Of a stretch of DNA of 64,000 nt, positions 1-11,718 are shown one piece after another; within the stretch, counting starts at the first letter, position 1; every line of letters begins with the position of its first letter. The stretch is from Vitrella brassicaformis CCMP3155 (Eukaryota > Protista > Chromerida). The DNA lies in NCBI GenBank assembly GCA_001179505.1, contig CDMY01000047.1, forward strand, positions 139,915 to 203,914. Direction: 5' to 3'. The position numbers were made by a program, and so were the translations under genes. Under the pieces are notes generated by a model, which was not told the DNA's origin, searched no databases, and saw nothing but the letters and a program-made list of their open reading frames with translations.

Positions 1-1471
1 TAGCTGTCGCGCTGGTACGTGCCTCCAAACATCCTGCAGCCATCCACAGGACATGACATGACATGACACACAGCAGATGTGTGTGCGGGTGGGTGTGCGG
101 ACAGCACATACACTTGGTGCCCACCGGCGCACAGGCGAGTCGTAGTTGTCGACTCCCAGGCGGATGTCCTTCTTGCGGCCACGGCGGTCGGTCTGCATTA
201 AGCGCACACACACACACACGCGCATTGGTAGGGTATGTGCGTCATGCTTGGCTAACTGCTTGTGTATGTGTGTTGGAGGGGGGGGGAGGGGTTTGGGTGG
301 ATGGCTTACGTGGCACCACCCGTCCTCATCGGCGCCCTTGACGTTTTTGGCCCGCTGCATGAACTTGCACTCCTCGTGCAAGTGCTCCAAGATGAAGAGG
401 AAGAACTCAGCGGCGTCCTGCTGACGCCCTGCACACACAACAGACCACACACCACACAGCACACACCACACAGCACGCCAAGAAGGATAAGACATCCACC
501 GACCCACCCATCCCATCTGTCTGTCAGTGTGTGTGTGTGTGGTGTGGCGTACCGTGTTTCGGCTCGGTGATGAACTTGAGCCATTTGTCGAGGACCACGC
601 CCGCCACGTCCTTGGTGTCGAAGGGGTTGCTGTTGGCCTTGCGAGTGGTCGTCACGCCAGCGCCGCCCCACGCAGCTGCATTGCACACATCACATCACAT
701 CACATCACACACACATGACATTGCACACTGTGCGTGTGATGTGGTGTGTGTCGTGGAGGGTGGGTGGCTGACCCTTTGACGTGTCGATGGGCTTTGGCTT
801 CTTCCAGTCTTGGAAGAAGTTCTCGCACAACGCCCGGATGGCCCGGTGGAAGGTGCGGCCACCCCGCCGCTCTTCAGCCTGAGTGATGCGAGGGAGGAAG
901 AAAGATATCAGAGATGAGCAGGGTGGCCAACACACACGAGGGTGGAAGCGATGGAAGCGATGCACTCACTGGTGTGTGTGTGCATGGTGTGTGGTGGGCA
1001 GCATACCACGTCGCACTGCTTGAGGAACTCGACGAAGAGGCTCAAGGGGCAAATGTTCTGGACCACCTGCACAGCACATTCGCGCAGCACAGCAGGGGCA
1101 TGCGCGTTCATATGCATGTGTGTGGCTGGGTGGGGTGGTTTCTGTCCATGTTTGTGTGTGGGGGGGGNNNNNNNNNNNNNNNNNNNNNNNNNNNNNNNNN
1201 NNNNNNNNNNNNNNNNNNNNNNNNNNNNNNNNNNNNNNNNNNNNNNNNNNNNNNNNNNNNNNNNNNNNNNNNNNNNNNNNNNNNNNNNNNNNNNNNNNNN
1301 NNNNNNNNNNNNNNNNNNNNNNNNNNNNNNNNNNNNNNNNNNNNNNNNNNNNNNNNNNNNNNNNNNNNNNNNNNNNNNNNNNNNNNNNNNNNNNNNNNNN
1401 NNNNNNNNNNNNNNNNNNNNNNNNNNNNNNNNNNNNNNNNNNNNNNNNNNNNNNNNNNNNNNNNNNNGGGT

Positions 1472-1502
<31 letters not shown>

Positions 1503-4500
1503 ACCGAGTTGGAGTAGCAGAGGTTGGCATTGTTGACGAGGCCACGACGCACCCACTCAGTCGGTACCTGCACACAACCAACCAACCAACCAGCGACACA
1601 CACACACGAGTGACAGACAGAGTGAGATCGCCACGCTCTCGCCCACTGTGCTGTGGATGGGATGTCACATCACATCACATGACGTCACCTACGTATGTGA
1701 AGACGAAAACGTGGTCAGTGATCTTGGCGCCGCCCGACTCACGGAGGTCCTTGAGGTAGGGGTAGGCCTCCATCAACTCGTGACGCTCCCACAACGCAAC
1801 ATACTGACACAACACAACACAACACAGACAATGGGTGCCCACACATTCCCTCTGTCCTCCTTGCCCACCGAGCCACCAACCCACCTCCTTGATTTTCTTG
1901 TCCGCCCGCTCACGACAGTGCTCCATCTCCGCCGTCAACACGTACGCCAAAGCAAGAGTCTGCGGCGCACCAGGGGGGATGTTGAGCTTGGCCAAAAACG
2001 CCAACAGCAACGTCTCGTCAACAATCGACACCAACTTGCCGTCCGCCAGCAACGACGCCTGCTGGCCACCCGACCCCCCACCAGCAGCGTCTGCTCCACG
2101 AGCCTCGTTGACCACCTCAGTGGTCTCCTCGCCCTCGCCCTCGGCCTCCTTGCCGTCGTCTGTGGTCTGGGGCTGTCGCGCGCTGCTGGCCTTGGGTGAC
2201 GCCTCACTGGCCGGCGCAGATGAGACGGATGGGGCTGAGGGTGGCGGGGCAGCACTGGGAGGCTTCGGTGAGGACTCCGACGGGGCCGACTCGTCCTCGT
2301 GAGATGGTGGCTTGTCGTGGGTGCTGGCGGCCTTCTTGCCCTTCTTGCCCTTCTTGCCGTGGGTCACCTCCACCCACCCGTCATCAAACGGCGTGGGCTT
2401 CTCATCAGCCTTGACCTCCTCCTCCTTCTCCTTGCCCTCTGCCACCACTGCCGCAGGAGTGACCTCTGCTGGCGCGGCGTCCTCAGCAGCAGCAGCAGCC
2501 GTGTTGGGCGTCGGCACATCGACTGGCGGCTTGGTCTCGTCGGCGGACGGCTCGGCGTCGGCCTCGTGGGCAAGTGCAGGTGGGGGAGCAGGGGAGGTGT
2601 CGTCTTGGGCAGGGGCGGGGGTGGGGGAGGCACCGTCGTGGGTGGGTGATTCGGTGCTAGCGTTGGTCTTCTTCTTCTTGTTCTTGCGCTTCTTCTTCTT
2701 GCCCCCGCACCCCTCCTGCTGGTTGTCCTTTGAGTCCTCCTCGGCCTTCTCCTCAGTCACGGCTTCCTCCCCTTCCTCCTTGGTGCCGTCGATAGCGGCC
2801 GCCCCATCACCCTCAGCACTCTTGCCCTCGCCGCCTGGGCCATCCTCCTTAGACCCCTCGGTCACGACCTCTTCACGCACTGCTGCAGCTGCGTCGTCGT
2901 CCCCCTCGGCCTCATTGGTCTCCTCGACACGGGGCGACGCCTCCTCCTTCTCGACGACCGGCTCAGGGGCAGCCTCGGCCTCGCCCTCAGGGGAAGCAGC
3001 AGCGGGCTCGCGGGCCTGGTCGGCAGTAGTGACCTCTGCTGGCGCTGGTGCGGCTGATGCAGCTGCTGGTGCAGGGGCGTCGTCAGCGTCTCCGGTGGCT
3101 GGGGTTTCCTGCTGTCCAGCTGCCGCTTCCGCCTCCTTGCGGGCTTTCTTCTTCGCCCGGCGCCTCGCCGACTTGGACGGCGTCGAAGCGGCAGCTGCCG
3201 CAGCGGCAGGGGCCGCGGGGGATTCGCCGACCTCGCCCATCCCAGCCTCTCCCTCTCCCTCTCCCCCTCCCTCTCCCTCTCCCTTGTTGGCCTCTTGCTC
3301 CTCGACCGTTGGCTGCGATGGTGCGGCAGCGTCCTGCACGATCTCATGTGTGGCTGCGCGGGTAGATGACACTGGCATTGAGGGAGATGACTGGACTGTG
3401 CTTGGCTGAGCGGCCGCAGCAGCCGCAGCAGCCGGGGAGGGATCAGCGTCGGCAGCTGGTGGGGCCGTGTCTTGAGTCGATGTCTTGTCGCCCTTGCCCT
3501 TCTTGCTCTTCTTCTTGTTCTTCTTCTTGCCGCCAGCCTCGGTCCAGCCCGGCTCTCCTGCCGTGGCTGCTGAGCTTTTGGGGTCCTGGTTGGCGGCCGA
3601 GGGCGGCTGAGGGTCCGCTGGGGGCGTGACGGGCGGCTCGATCGACGGCTGCTGTGAGGGGGGTGACGGTGATGGGGATGGTGAGGGAGGCTGCGACTCC
3701 GGCTGGGGCGATGACGGAGGCTTCTCGAGGTGGGCGCCCTTCCTCTCGTCAACTCGCCGCAGCACCTCCTGGCGCGCCTCGGGCGTCCGGTCACCTCTCG
3801 ACTTGTCGTTGGCGACATCGCCCGCCCCACCAGACGACGCCTCGCTCTCGCTGTCTGACTTGTCGCTGTCGATGAAGCCCGAGAAGGGGTTATCCGCCAG
3901 TTTCTTCTTGGCGCCCTTGGTGGGTGACGCTGACGAGGTGAAGCGCACGGGAGGTGACTGGCATCTGGCCTTGCGCCGCAGCGACGACACGTCCACCCAG
4001 CCGTCAGCATTCGTGGCACGCTCACGCTGGGTGGCGCGGGCCGGCAGCTGCAACTGGGTAGACGTAGGGGGTGACTCAACCTGACGGACGGACAAAGGGG
4101 AGATGGAAGAAAAGAGAAACAGTGAGAGGAATCAGCAAAGCGTGTCGGTCTGCACGGTGTGCATGTGTGTGTGTGTATGTGTGTGTCCGTACTTGCTCTT
4201 CCTCTTGTTCAGCCTCTTCGGCTTGCTCCTCGTCCACATGGCCATGGCCGCTATCCTCCTCCAGTCCTCCCTCGGTCTGATCCTGGGGCTCCTCGACACC
4301 GACCTGTCTCTCCTCGACGCCCTCTCCAACCTCTTCAGCAGCCTGCTCGCCGTCAGCACCATCCCTGGCCTCTCCTTGGCCCCCTGCCACCTCATTCGAG
4401 CCAGGACTCGCCGACACGACCACCTCTTCAATCGGCCCCTCATCGGCAGCCGCCTCCTCCCCTGGGGCACACGACTCAGCCGCTGTGGCGTCGACAGCCT

Positions 4501-7500
4501 CGGGTACGGGTGGGGGCTGGGTGTCAGCGGCCTCTATCGGGGCCGCTTCTGTGTCGGTATTGTCCTGGGATGGTGCAGCAGGCGGCGCAGCGGGTGGGCT
4601 GGCAGCAGGTGGGTTTGTGGCTCCGTCGTCCGCAGGGGGAAGCATCCACGATGATGGGCGCTGGGAGTTGTTGTTGGTGTGGCTGTTTGCGGGGGGAACC
4701 GACGACCCGACAGACCGACCTGCAGCGCAGCAAGGAAGACACACCCACACATGGATGGATGAATGGATGAGCAGGTCGTTCAGTCAAAGCCTGCTCACCT
4801 TGAGTACTAGCAGACGCGCGCTGCTGGGGGGGCACCGATCGCATGCCACCTTCAGAGCGGGCGCACTCGCGGGCCAGGGCGGCCTCCGCAACACCGTCCC
4901 CACCATCAGCCACCCCCCGTCCGCGGCCTCGATTTCTCCTTCGGCCGCGCCCGCCGCCAGGCCCAGTGCTCGAGGTGCCCGCACTGACCGCCACACGCGC
5001 ACGAGTCGAGCACACATTCCCAAGCGCGTCGATCTGACAATACACAGACAGGCACAGACATACCACACCACACACGACACATGAGACGGACTGACATGCC
5101 CACCATCCTCCCTCCCATCCATCCATCCATCCATCCGCTCCTCTCACTCACCTCGTCAAATTGCCCGGTCCGATCCACGGTGGCCTTGACGCCCACAGGC
5201 GGGGTGGGGGCGTTGGAGGCCGAGGCTCCGTTGGCGCTGTCGCCGCTGCCCTTCTGCAACAGATGCATCGACGACCCCTGGGACATTGTCTCAGACGACG
5301 CAGCCGGGCTGGGCTCGGGTGACCTCGCTGGCGGCACGCGTACCTCGGGCGGTGTCGTCGTCAGCCCACCCTCCTCGACGCGACCCGCGGGGCGACCGGT
5401 GGCTGTCGTGGTGTCCCGAACAGAGATGGGGCCGGGGGATGGCTCATACCCCGGTGCTGCGGCTGCTGGGGCTGCTGAAGCTGCAGCTGCAGCTGCGGCA
5501 GGCTGTGCCTCGGACTCTGCCGATTGGGACTGCGATGGCGGGGTGGGTGTCTGCTGGGGCTGCTTGGTGGGCTTGGGGTCCTTGTCTTTCTTCTTCCAAC
5601 GCAGTGGGCTCTCGCCGCCGTGGCCGTTGTGCGGTGGTTGGTGATGCTGACCGCCACGGCTGTGTGTGGGGTGGAAGTAGTTGTTGTCGCGGCCGCCCCT
5701 GCTGCCCCGATAGGGATTCCAGTGCCCCCCTCTGCCGCCGCCGTGAAAGCCCCTGTAGTCGCCATAGCCGCCGTGGCGATCGTTGAACGCACCCTGACAA
5801 CAAACAGGCCAACCAACCAACCAACCAGCCAACCAACCAACCAACCACACACATAAGCACATCCATGCCATGCCATGCATCATGTCCCATGGTGTGGGGG
5901 TGGGTGCGTGTGTGCAGCTGTTCTTTGCCGTACGTACCTGCTGCTGCTGGTGGTGGTAGTGGTTGTATTGATATTGCCTATTGAAGTAGTTGAAGTTCTC
6001 TGGCGACTGGCGTCCCCGGTAGGGCGGGGCGTCCCCCTCCCGCTGGTGCTGCCCATCCCGCCTGTTGCCGTGACCACCGCCCTCGTGCCACTGATGCTGT
6101 CGGCCCATACCCCCACCTCCAGCACCACCTCGACGAAACACCGGCCCTCGCTCCGGCTCACGGACGGGGCGAAATTGGGCTGGCCCTAGCTCCAACTCAC
6201 GGTTCATCCCCGCCGCCACAGGGGCGTCACCCTCCCCAGGGATGGGGTACGCCGGGCGGTAGGCCGACACATTTTGATAGCCACCATAGCCCGGATACTG
6301 TGGCTGTGGCAGCAACTGATGCTGAGAAGTTGCCGTGTAGCTGGTGTAGTGCTGCTGATGCTGCTGCTGCTGCTGATGTTGGTGTTGGTGCCGCTGGTGT
6401 GGGTGGGGCTGCAGCTGCTGGTGGGCCGGGCTGGGAGCGCCGTAGATGTTGTTGGCTGGCAGGTGTGGCTGCGGGCTGTGCTTGTTGGCCTGGTTGTTGG
6501 CGGCGGCACCGTTCAACACTTGTGGGCCGAAGGGGGGAGGGCACGCCGGCGGGACGAGCGCGTCGTTGCGGAGGCCGTGCTGCGAGTGGTGCGGTGCACC
6601 CATGTTGCCCTGGTAGCCATTCATGCCACTGAAGCCGCCCTTCTGGACCATAGATGGGTTCTGCAGCATCCCCATCTGCATGGCGTATGGGTCGGCCGGC
6701 TGGGGAGGGGGCGGTGGGGGAGGGGGAGGCGACGCCATCGGCTGCTGATACAGCTGCGCATTCGACCCCCGGGCGCCCATCATGGCGGATTTGTTGTGGC
6801 GCGACGCGTCATGGATTGGTGGCGAGGGGACGAACTGTCCGTGAGGGCCGGGGAGGGGGCTGGGCGGCTGGAAGAAGTTCCCCTGTCCTCCTCTGAACGC
6901 CGTGGAGCCCATCATCTCCAGCGGCGGCTGCGCAAACCCGTTGAGGTTGGTCTNNNNNNNNNNNNNNNNNNNNNNNNNNNNNNNNNNNNNNNNNNNNNNN
7001 NNNNNNNNNNNNNNNNNNNNNNNNNNNNNNNNNNNNNNNNNNNNNNNNNNNNNNNNNNNNNNNNNNNNNNNNNNNNNNNNNNNNNNNNNNNNNNNNNNNN
7101 NNNNNNNNNNNNNNNNNNNNNNNNNNNNNNNNNNNNNNNNNNNNNNNNNNNNNNNNNNNNNNNNNNNNNNNNNNNNNNNNNNNNNNNNNNNNNNNNNNNN
7201 NNNNNNNNNNNNNNNNNNNNNNNNNNNNNNNNNNNNNNNNNNNNNNNNNNNNNGGGGGGGGGGGGAGGCTGCCACATGCCATCGCGACCACCTTGTCCGG
7301 CCTGACAGGACAGGACACACAGACACCATGGGATGAGCGAAGTGGGTCCTTCTGACACCCCATGGATGACTGAGAGGCACTCCCTCCCCACCTCCCCATT
7401 CGGTGCATGAGCTTCGTGCGTGCGGTGTTCACCCACCCCCTCACCATCATGTGGGCGCCATGAGGCAGCTGTGCAGCTCCTGAGGGAGGTCCCTGACCTC

Positions 7501-7513
7501 CGTGGGCATGCAT
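1..7513 (-). CDS. Ubiquitin-specific protease (USP/UCH, C19), USP10/Ubp3-like, with very long disordered N-terminus; multi-exon, 3' end beyond window start
   Basis: Spliced exons give the Cys box RGLVNNANLCYSNS|VVQNICPLSLFVEFL (about 1505-1567 and 997-1053), the QQD box GRQQDAAEFFLFILEHLHEEC (about 312-428) and DSPVRR|MFGGTYQ (about 1-190), all with in-frame GT-AG junctions. Upstream exons (1675-4095, 4190-4640, 4790-6950) are low-complexity. The proposed start MHAHGGQ at 7513 splices in frame to AGQGGRDGMWQPPP. Two N-gaps lie inside the gene. Confidence 0.85.
1168..1467. other. Assembly gap (300 N); similar 300-N gaps at 6954-7253, 13831-14130, 40561-40860 and 58210-58509
   Basis: Runs of exactly 300 N, each adjacent to a G- or C-rich homopolymer tract. 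Confidence 0.95.
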
Positions 7514-7645
7514 GGGATGCGATGCCCTCGACAAACCGGACTACACGACACTTACTGTCGGTGTCTATTCAACTGAACGAGCCAGGTGGGTCACGGGGGG
7601 AGGAGGGGAAGAAAAAGGGGGAGGAAAGTGAGGAAAACACTTCTA

Positions 7646-7665
7646 AGCTCGCATTTCTGCGAGCT
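7646..7665. promoter_or_regulatory. Inverted pair AGCTCGCA-TTTC-TGCGAGCT in a short divergent intergenic region
   Basis: Perfect 8-bp inverted repeat with a 4-nt spacer between the proposed ATGs at 7513 (-) and 7721 (+). The same 8-mer recurs upstream of other genes. Confidence 0.5.
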
Positions 7666-7720
7666 GGAGGATGCGCTCGTCTCTTTCTGATGGCTTAGAC
7701 GTCGTCAGACCTGTCGTCCG

Positions 7721-9925
7721 ATGATAGATCTCATGCCGGAAGCAGCCCGCTTTCAGCAGCGGGCAGATCTTGTTCATCCCTCATCGCCGCGCCGCATTGC
7801 ATCGCTGCTGCTGGCGACAGGTGAGGACAGACAGACGGCCACGGAATCGCAGCATGAGCAGATTCATCTCATTGCAGCTGCGTGCGTGTGTGTTGCGTAT
7901 TTGATCACCTGCAGTCGCATGTGGCCTCGTCGCCGCGTCAGCGTCGGACCATCGCCGCCCTGCCTTTGCGGTCCCCTCCCTCCCCCTCCAAAATGCACGC
8001 TCCGCCCGTCCCCGCCTCACCGCGATGTCATCTTCCCCCAAGCAGCACACGGCCACATCGGGCCAGCAGCAGCAGCAGCAGCAAGATGCATCGCTTTCCT
8101 TCAAGACCTCCTCCTCCTCAGCTGAGCCGAGTGACTTCCCCCTCCCCCGCGACCGCATGTTGGTGGACCCCGACGAGCAGTTCAACGCGAGGCTGGCGCC
8201 CCCGCCCTCTCGCGGCGGAGTGGGCAAGGGGATTCTGGACCTGGACGGCTTCTTCCTCGAGATGGTGCGGCTGTCCCGGGCGGAGGTCAAGTTCCCCGAG
8301 TGGTTCCAGGTGCCGCTCATGCGCAATGCCTGGTCCAACTGCTCACAGCTCACCATACGGTCAGGCAGTGCAGTGCAGTAGGAGGGGGAGAGAGGGAGGA
8401 GGGGGAGGGGTATGTATCTTCGGGATTGATTGATGGATTGTGCGTGTCGTGTCGTGTGGTGTCGTGTATCTCGTGTATCAGGGCTGGTTTCATCCTGTTG
8501 TTCTTCAACGAGCTACTGGCGCGGAACTGGACCTTCCTCGCATCGTAAGTAGTTCGTTCGGGGGACTCAAATCAATCCTGCACACACAGGCAATTCGTAC
8601 GCCGTCCACTCATTTCATTCATCCCCTGGCTTTGGTTGTCTGTGTGTGTGTGTGTTTAGGTTTTGCGGTCTGCTTGTCTTCAGCCGCCGTGTGGGGGCGC
8701 CAGACTACGCATCGGCACTCGGAGGTAGGGGGGTCACCCCTCCATCCCATCACCCACAGCAGGCAGCAAAGGAAATGTATGAGCTATGTCTGTGTGTGTC
8801 CGGTCAGCGATACTGGTGAGTGCGATCTTCCAGCCGCTGATAAGCGACTGCGCGGGTTTCGAGATCATCCTGCCGGCATCGCTCATCGCACTGCCCTTCA
8901 TCGTCTCGTTCGAGCGAATCATCGAGGGCGAACTGGAACTCAGAGGTGGGTCGGTCGCAGAGGAAGGAGGGAACCACACCATGGAGCTCTCTCTCTCTCT
9001 CTCTCTCTGCGTGTGTGTGTGTGTATAGAGGGTCGCCCGAACGAGCCCCGCAAGAAGGACGACCCGTGGGACATATGGCGGTATCTGCCCGTCACCAGAG
9101 AATCCACCATGACCGAACTCAGGAACTTCGTCAAGTCAGTCAGACAAGACACACAGCACACGGACACACACACCACCCATCCACTCACCACCTCACCTGT
9201 GTGTCGTTGGCACCGCCCGGCTGCTTTGTTTTGCTTTGCAGGGCGAGCGGTATGGACGTCAAGACGGGCGGCAAGGGCCGGACCAAGCAGATGGTCTACA
9301 AGGACATACTCCAGAGCTACAATGCACAAGTCGCCGCCGCAAGGGCAGAAAACGAAAAGGTCACACACACCAGACAACGGACGGCATCCTACCCACGAAA
9401 GCCGGCCCTCTTCCACTTCACAAGTTTGATTGATGTCTGCTGTGCAGGCGATGGAGGCGGATCGTCGCGCGAAGGTCGAGCGGCGCCAGTTTGAGCTGCA
9501 GCGACTGCGACAGGACTTCGATGAGCCGCCTCCCGTCACCACCACCACCGACACCACCACCATAGACACCGACACAATACACGAGCAGGAGCAGACCACC
9601 AACGCCGTATACGACCCTTCTTACCGGTGTGGTATACACAGCACCGGCAGACAGCACAAGGACCACACGGTTGGCGCACACGAGTGAGTAGTGTGGCTGT
9701 GCTGTGTGCATCAGCGATTGGGACAAGCGGTTCGTCCAGTCGGCCCCCAAGACACAAGCAAAGAAGAGCAGCAGCAGCAGCAAGAAGGGCCCGTCCAAGG
9801 ATGCCCCCCCACCCTCCCTCCTGCAGCAAGACCAGCAGACGACCGTACTCACCCCCAACGACGCACCGGTTGTCGACCTGAGGTCGTCGACAGACAAGGG
9901 CTCGGAGGGCACACACATGGGGTGA
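7721..9925 (+). CDS. Membrane protein with bipartite (signal + transit-like) presequence, 2-3 TM segments and a SAP/HeH/Rho-N-like motif; probably plastid-targeted
   Basis: Exon 7721-7820 joins exon 7915-8359 in frame: ...RIASLLLAT|VACGLVAASASDHRRPAFAVPSLPLQNARSARPRLTAMSSS. Later exons encode AGFILLFFNELLARNWTFLAS, ALGAILVSAIFQPLISDCAGFEIILPASLIALPFIVSF and STMTELRNFVK|ASGMDVKTGGKGRTKQMVYKDILQSY. Stop at 9925. Confidence 0.7.
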
Positions 9926-11718
9926 CAGCACAGCACAGCCTCGGTCTGCTGGGTCTGGCGCGTTTGTTTAGCTCCTAGCTCTGGCCGTCAGTGTGTCGGC
10001 CGATAGATGGTAGGACAGTCCGTGTGTGGTGTGTCGGTCGTGTGTGGGGCGTGTCGGTCGTCTCTGTTTAGACGGCAGAACACACAGATAGATAGATGCT
10101 GACGTGTGTTCGGCCTTTTATCAGTCTTGTGCAGCACTCACTGACGGAGAGAGAGAGGGAGAGGGGTCCCCGAGGAGGGGAGGGGAGGAGGTTTGGCGAA
10201 CGAAGTGCGGGGCGGCGACCCTGCGTGGGGGTGGTTGGTGGTTGCAGCTGTGTACAGTCTTCCGAGGATCGCTGTCTGTCTGTCTGTCTGACTGTTCGTC
10301 TGTGTTTGAGTGATCGAGGAAGGAATGACAAAGTGCAGCGATGGGTAGCCGCAATCTATTGCAGTCAGTCAGTCGGTCGGTCGGTCGGTCGGCTGGTCTT
10401 AGAGGCAGAGTAGAGAGACAGACACTTACACATGTGCAGACAGTCGACGCGATGGACGGACGGATCAATGGGCGTGCCTGAGCTCATGACACGGTCTTCA
10501 TCGAGCTGAAGAATTTCGTTTGCAATGTCAGTTGATTCGTCCACACACATGGTGCGATAGATAGATAAGATGCACCACGTCCACACCCACACATCCATAC
10601 ATCCATCCATCCATACACACACGCACTTCACCCACAAGACCGGGCCGGCCACGCACGCTAAGGATCTCTCTGTCGGTCTGTGTGTCAACGGCATCACAGA
10701 GAGAGAGAGAGAGAGAGAGAGACGGAGTAGAGCGCTGGGTGGGGCAAAGCGGGTCAGCGGGGTAGCGGGTGGGTCATTCATTGGTCTCTCTCTGTGGCCG
10801 GCCGGCCACGGGCGGTGCGGCAGTGGGTGCATGCCATGCAGACGCATCCACGCAGGGGCACTGGATGGAACGGTCAGAAGAAAAGCCACCACACAGACAT
10901 GACATGCGCACACTCGCGCGAGCTATGCACAGAGACGAGGGGCGAAAAAGCTGGGGGGCTGTACAATCAAGGGAAACACACACACATACATGCATGAAGA
11001 CACACGAGCGGTCTGTCTGTCTGTCTGTCTCGCGTAAGGATCGGAGGCCATGCCATGCGGCCATCCGTCCATCACATCCGTCCATCTACTCTCCAGCCGG
11101 CCAGTAAGTGAGGCAGCCAGCCGTCCGATCTGCACACAGACAAGCGGCATGGATGGATGGCGTCAGCAGTTGACGCAAGGCTGTTCAGAGTGGTCTGTGC
11201 GCATGTGGACGCCGAGACCGCTCTGAGAGAGACCCGAGGCTACTGCTGACGCCCATCCATGCCCTGCACCCGTCCGGCCGTCTTCTTTCTGTGGGGTCAA
11301 AAAGGGGAGCTACTTAGGCATACATACGTGCAGACAGACACGGAGAGACCAATCGAGACCTCCCTCCCTCAGGCAGTCAATCACATCGGTCCACACACAC
11401 TCACACACACACACACGGACAGTCAGATGAACAAACAGGTAGAGAGGAGAGTAGGTAGGCAGGCAGGTGTCAGTGTGCATGAGCCAACCCATCCATCCAT
11501 CCGTCCATCGGGAGAGGCAACGCACCCGACATCAGTCAGTGTGTCTTGTCTCTGACTGACTGCCCACCTGCCGTGGCTGCCTCCCGCCTCGATCCCTCCA
11601 CTCATTGCAATGCATCCATCTACCCACCCATGTGTGTGTGTAGGTACGGTGAGATTCATTGATCACTAGGACAAGGACAACAAAAGACAGAAGAGGAAGA
11701 AGAATGGCGACGGATTGA

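Noticed and set aside
2312-3409. Long + strand ORFs opposite the USP exon (also 40077-41990 -, 59446-60585 +, 6274-7305 +)
   Set aside because: Antisense shadows of GC-rich low-complexity exons. The opposite strand has coherent splice sites and domain motifs.
10470-10560. Minus-strand peptide CVDESTDIANEILQL resembling the DESTD catalytic motif of hAT/Buster transposases
   Set aside because: Only a 5-residue match inside a microsatellite-rich intergenic region, with no other transposase motifs, no long ORF and no TIRs.
10000-11700. Numerous short ORFs rich in HT, CV, DR and MDG repeats (here and throughout introns)
   Set aside because: Translations of (CA)n, (GACA)n and (GGAT)n microsatellites, not proteins.
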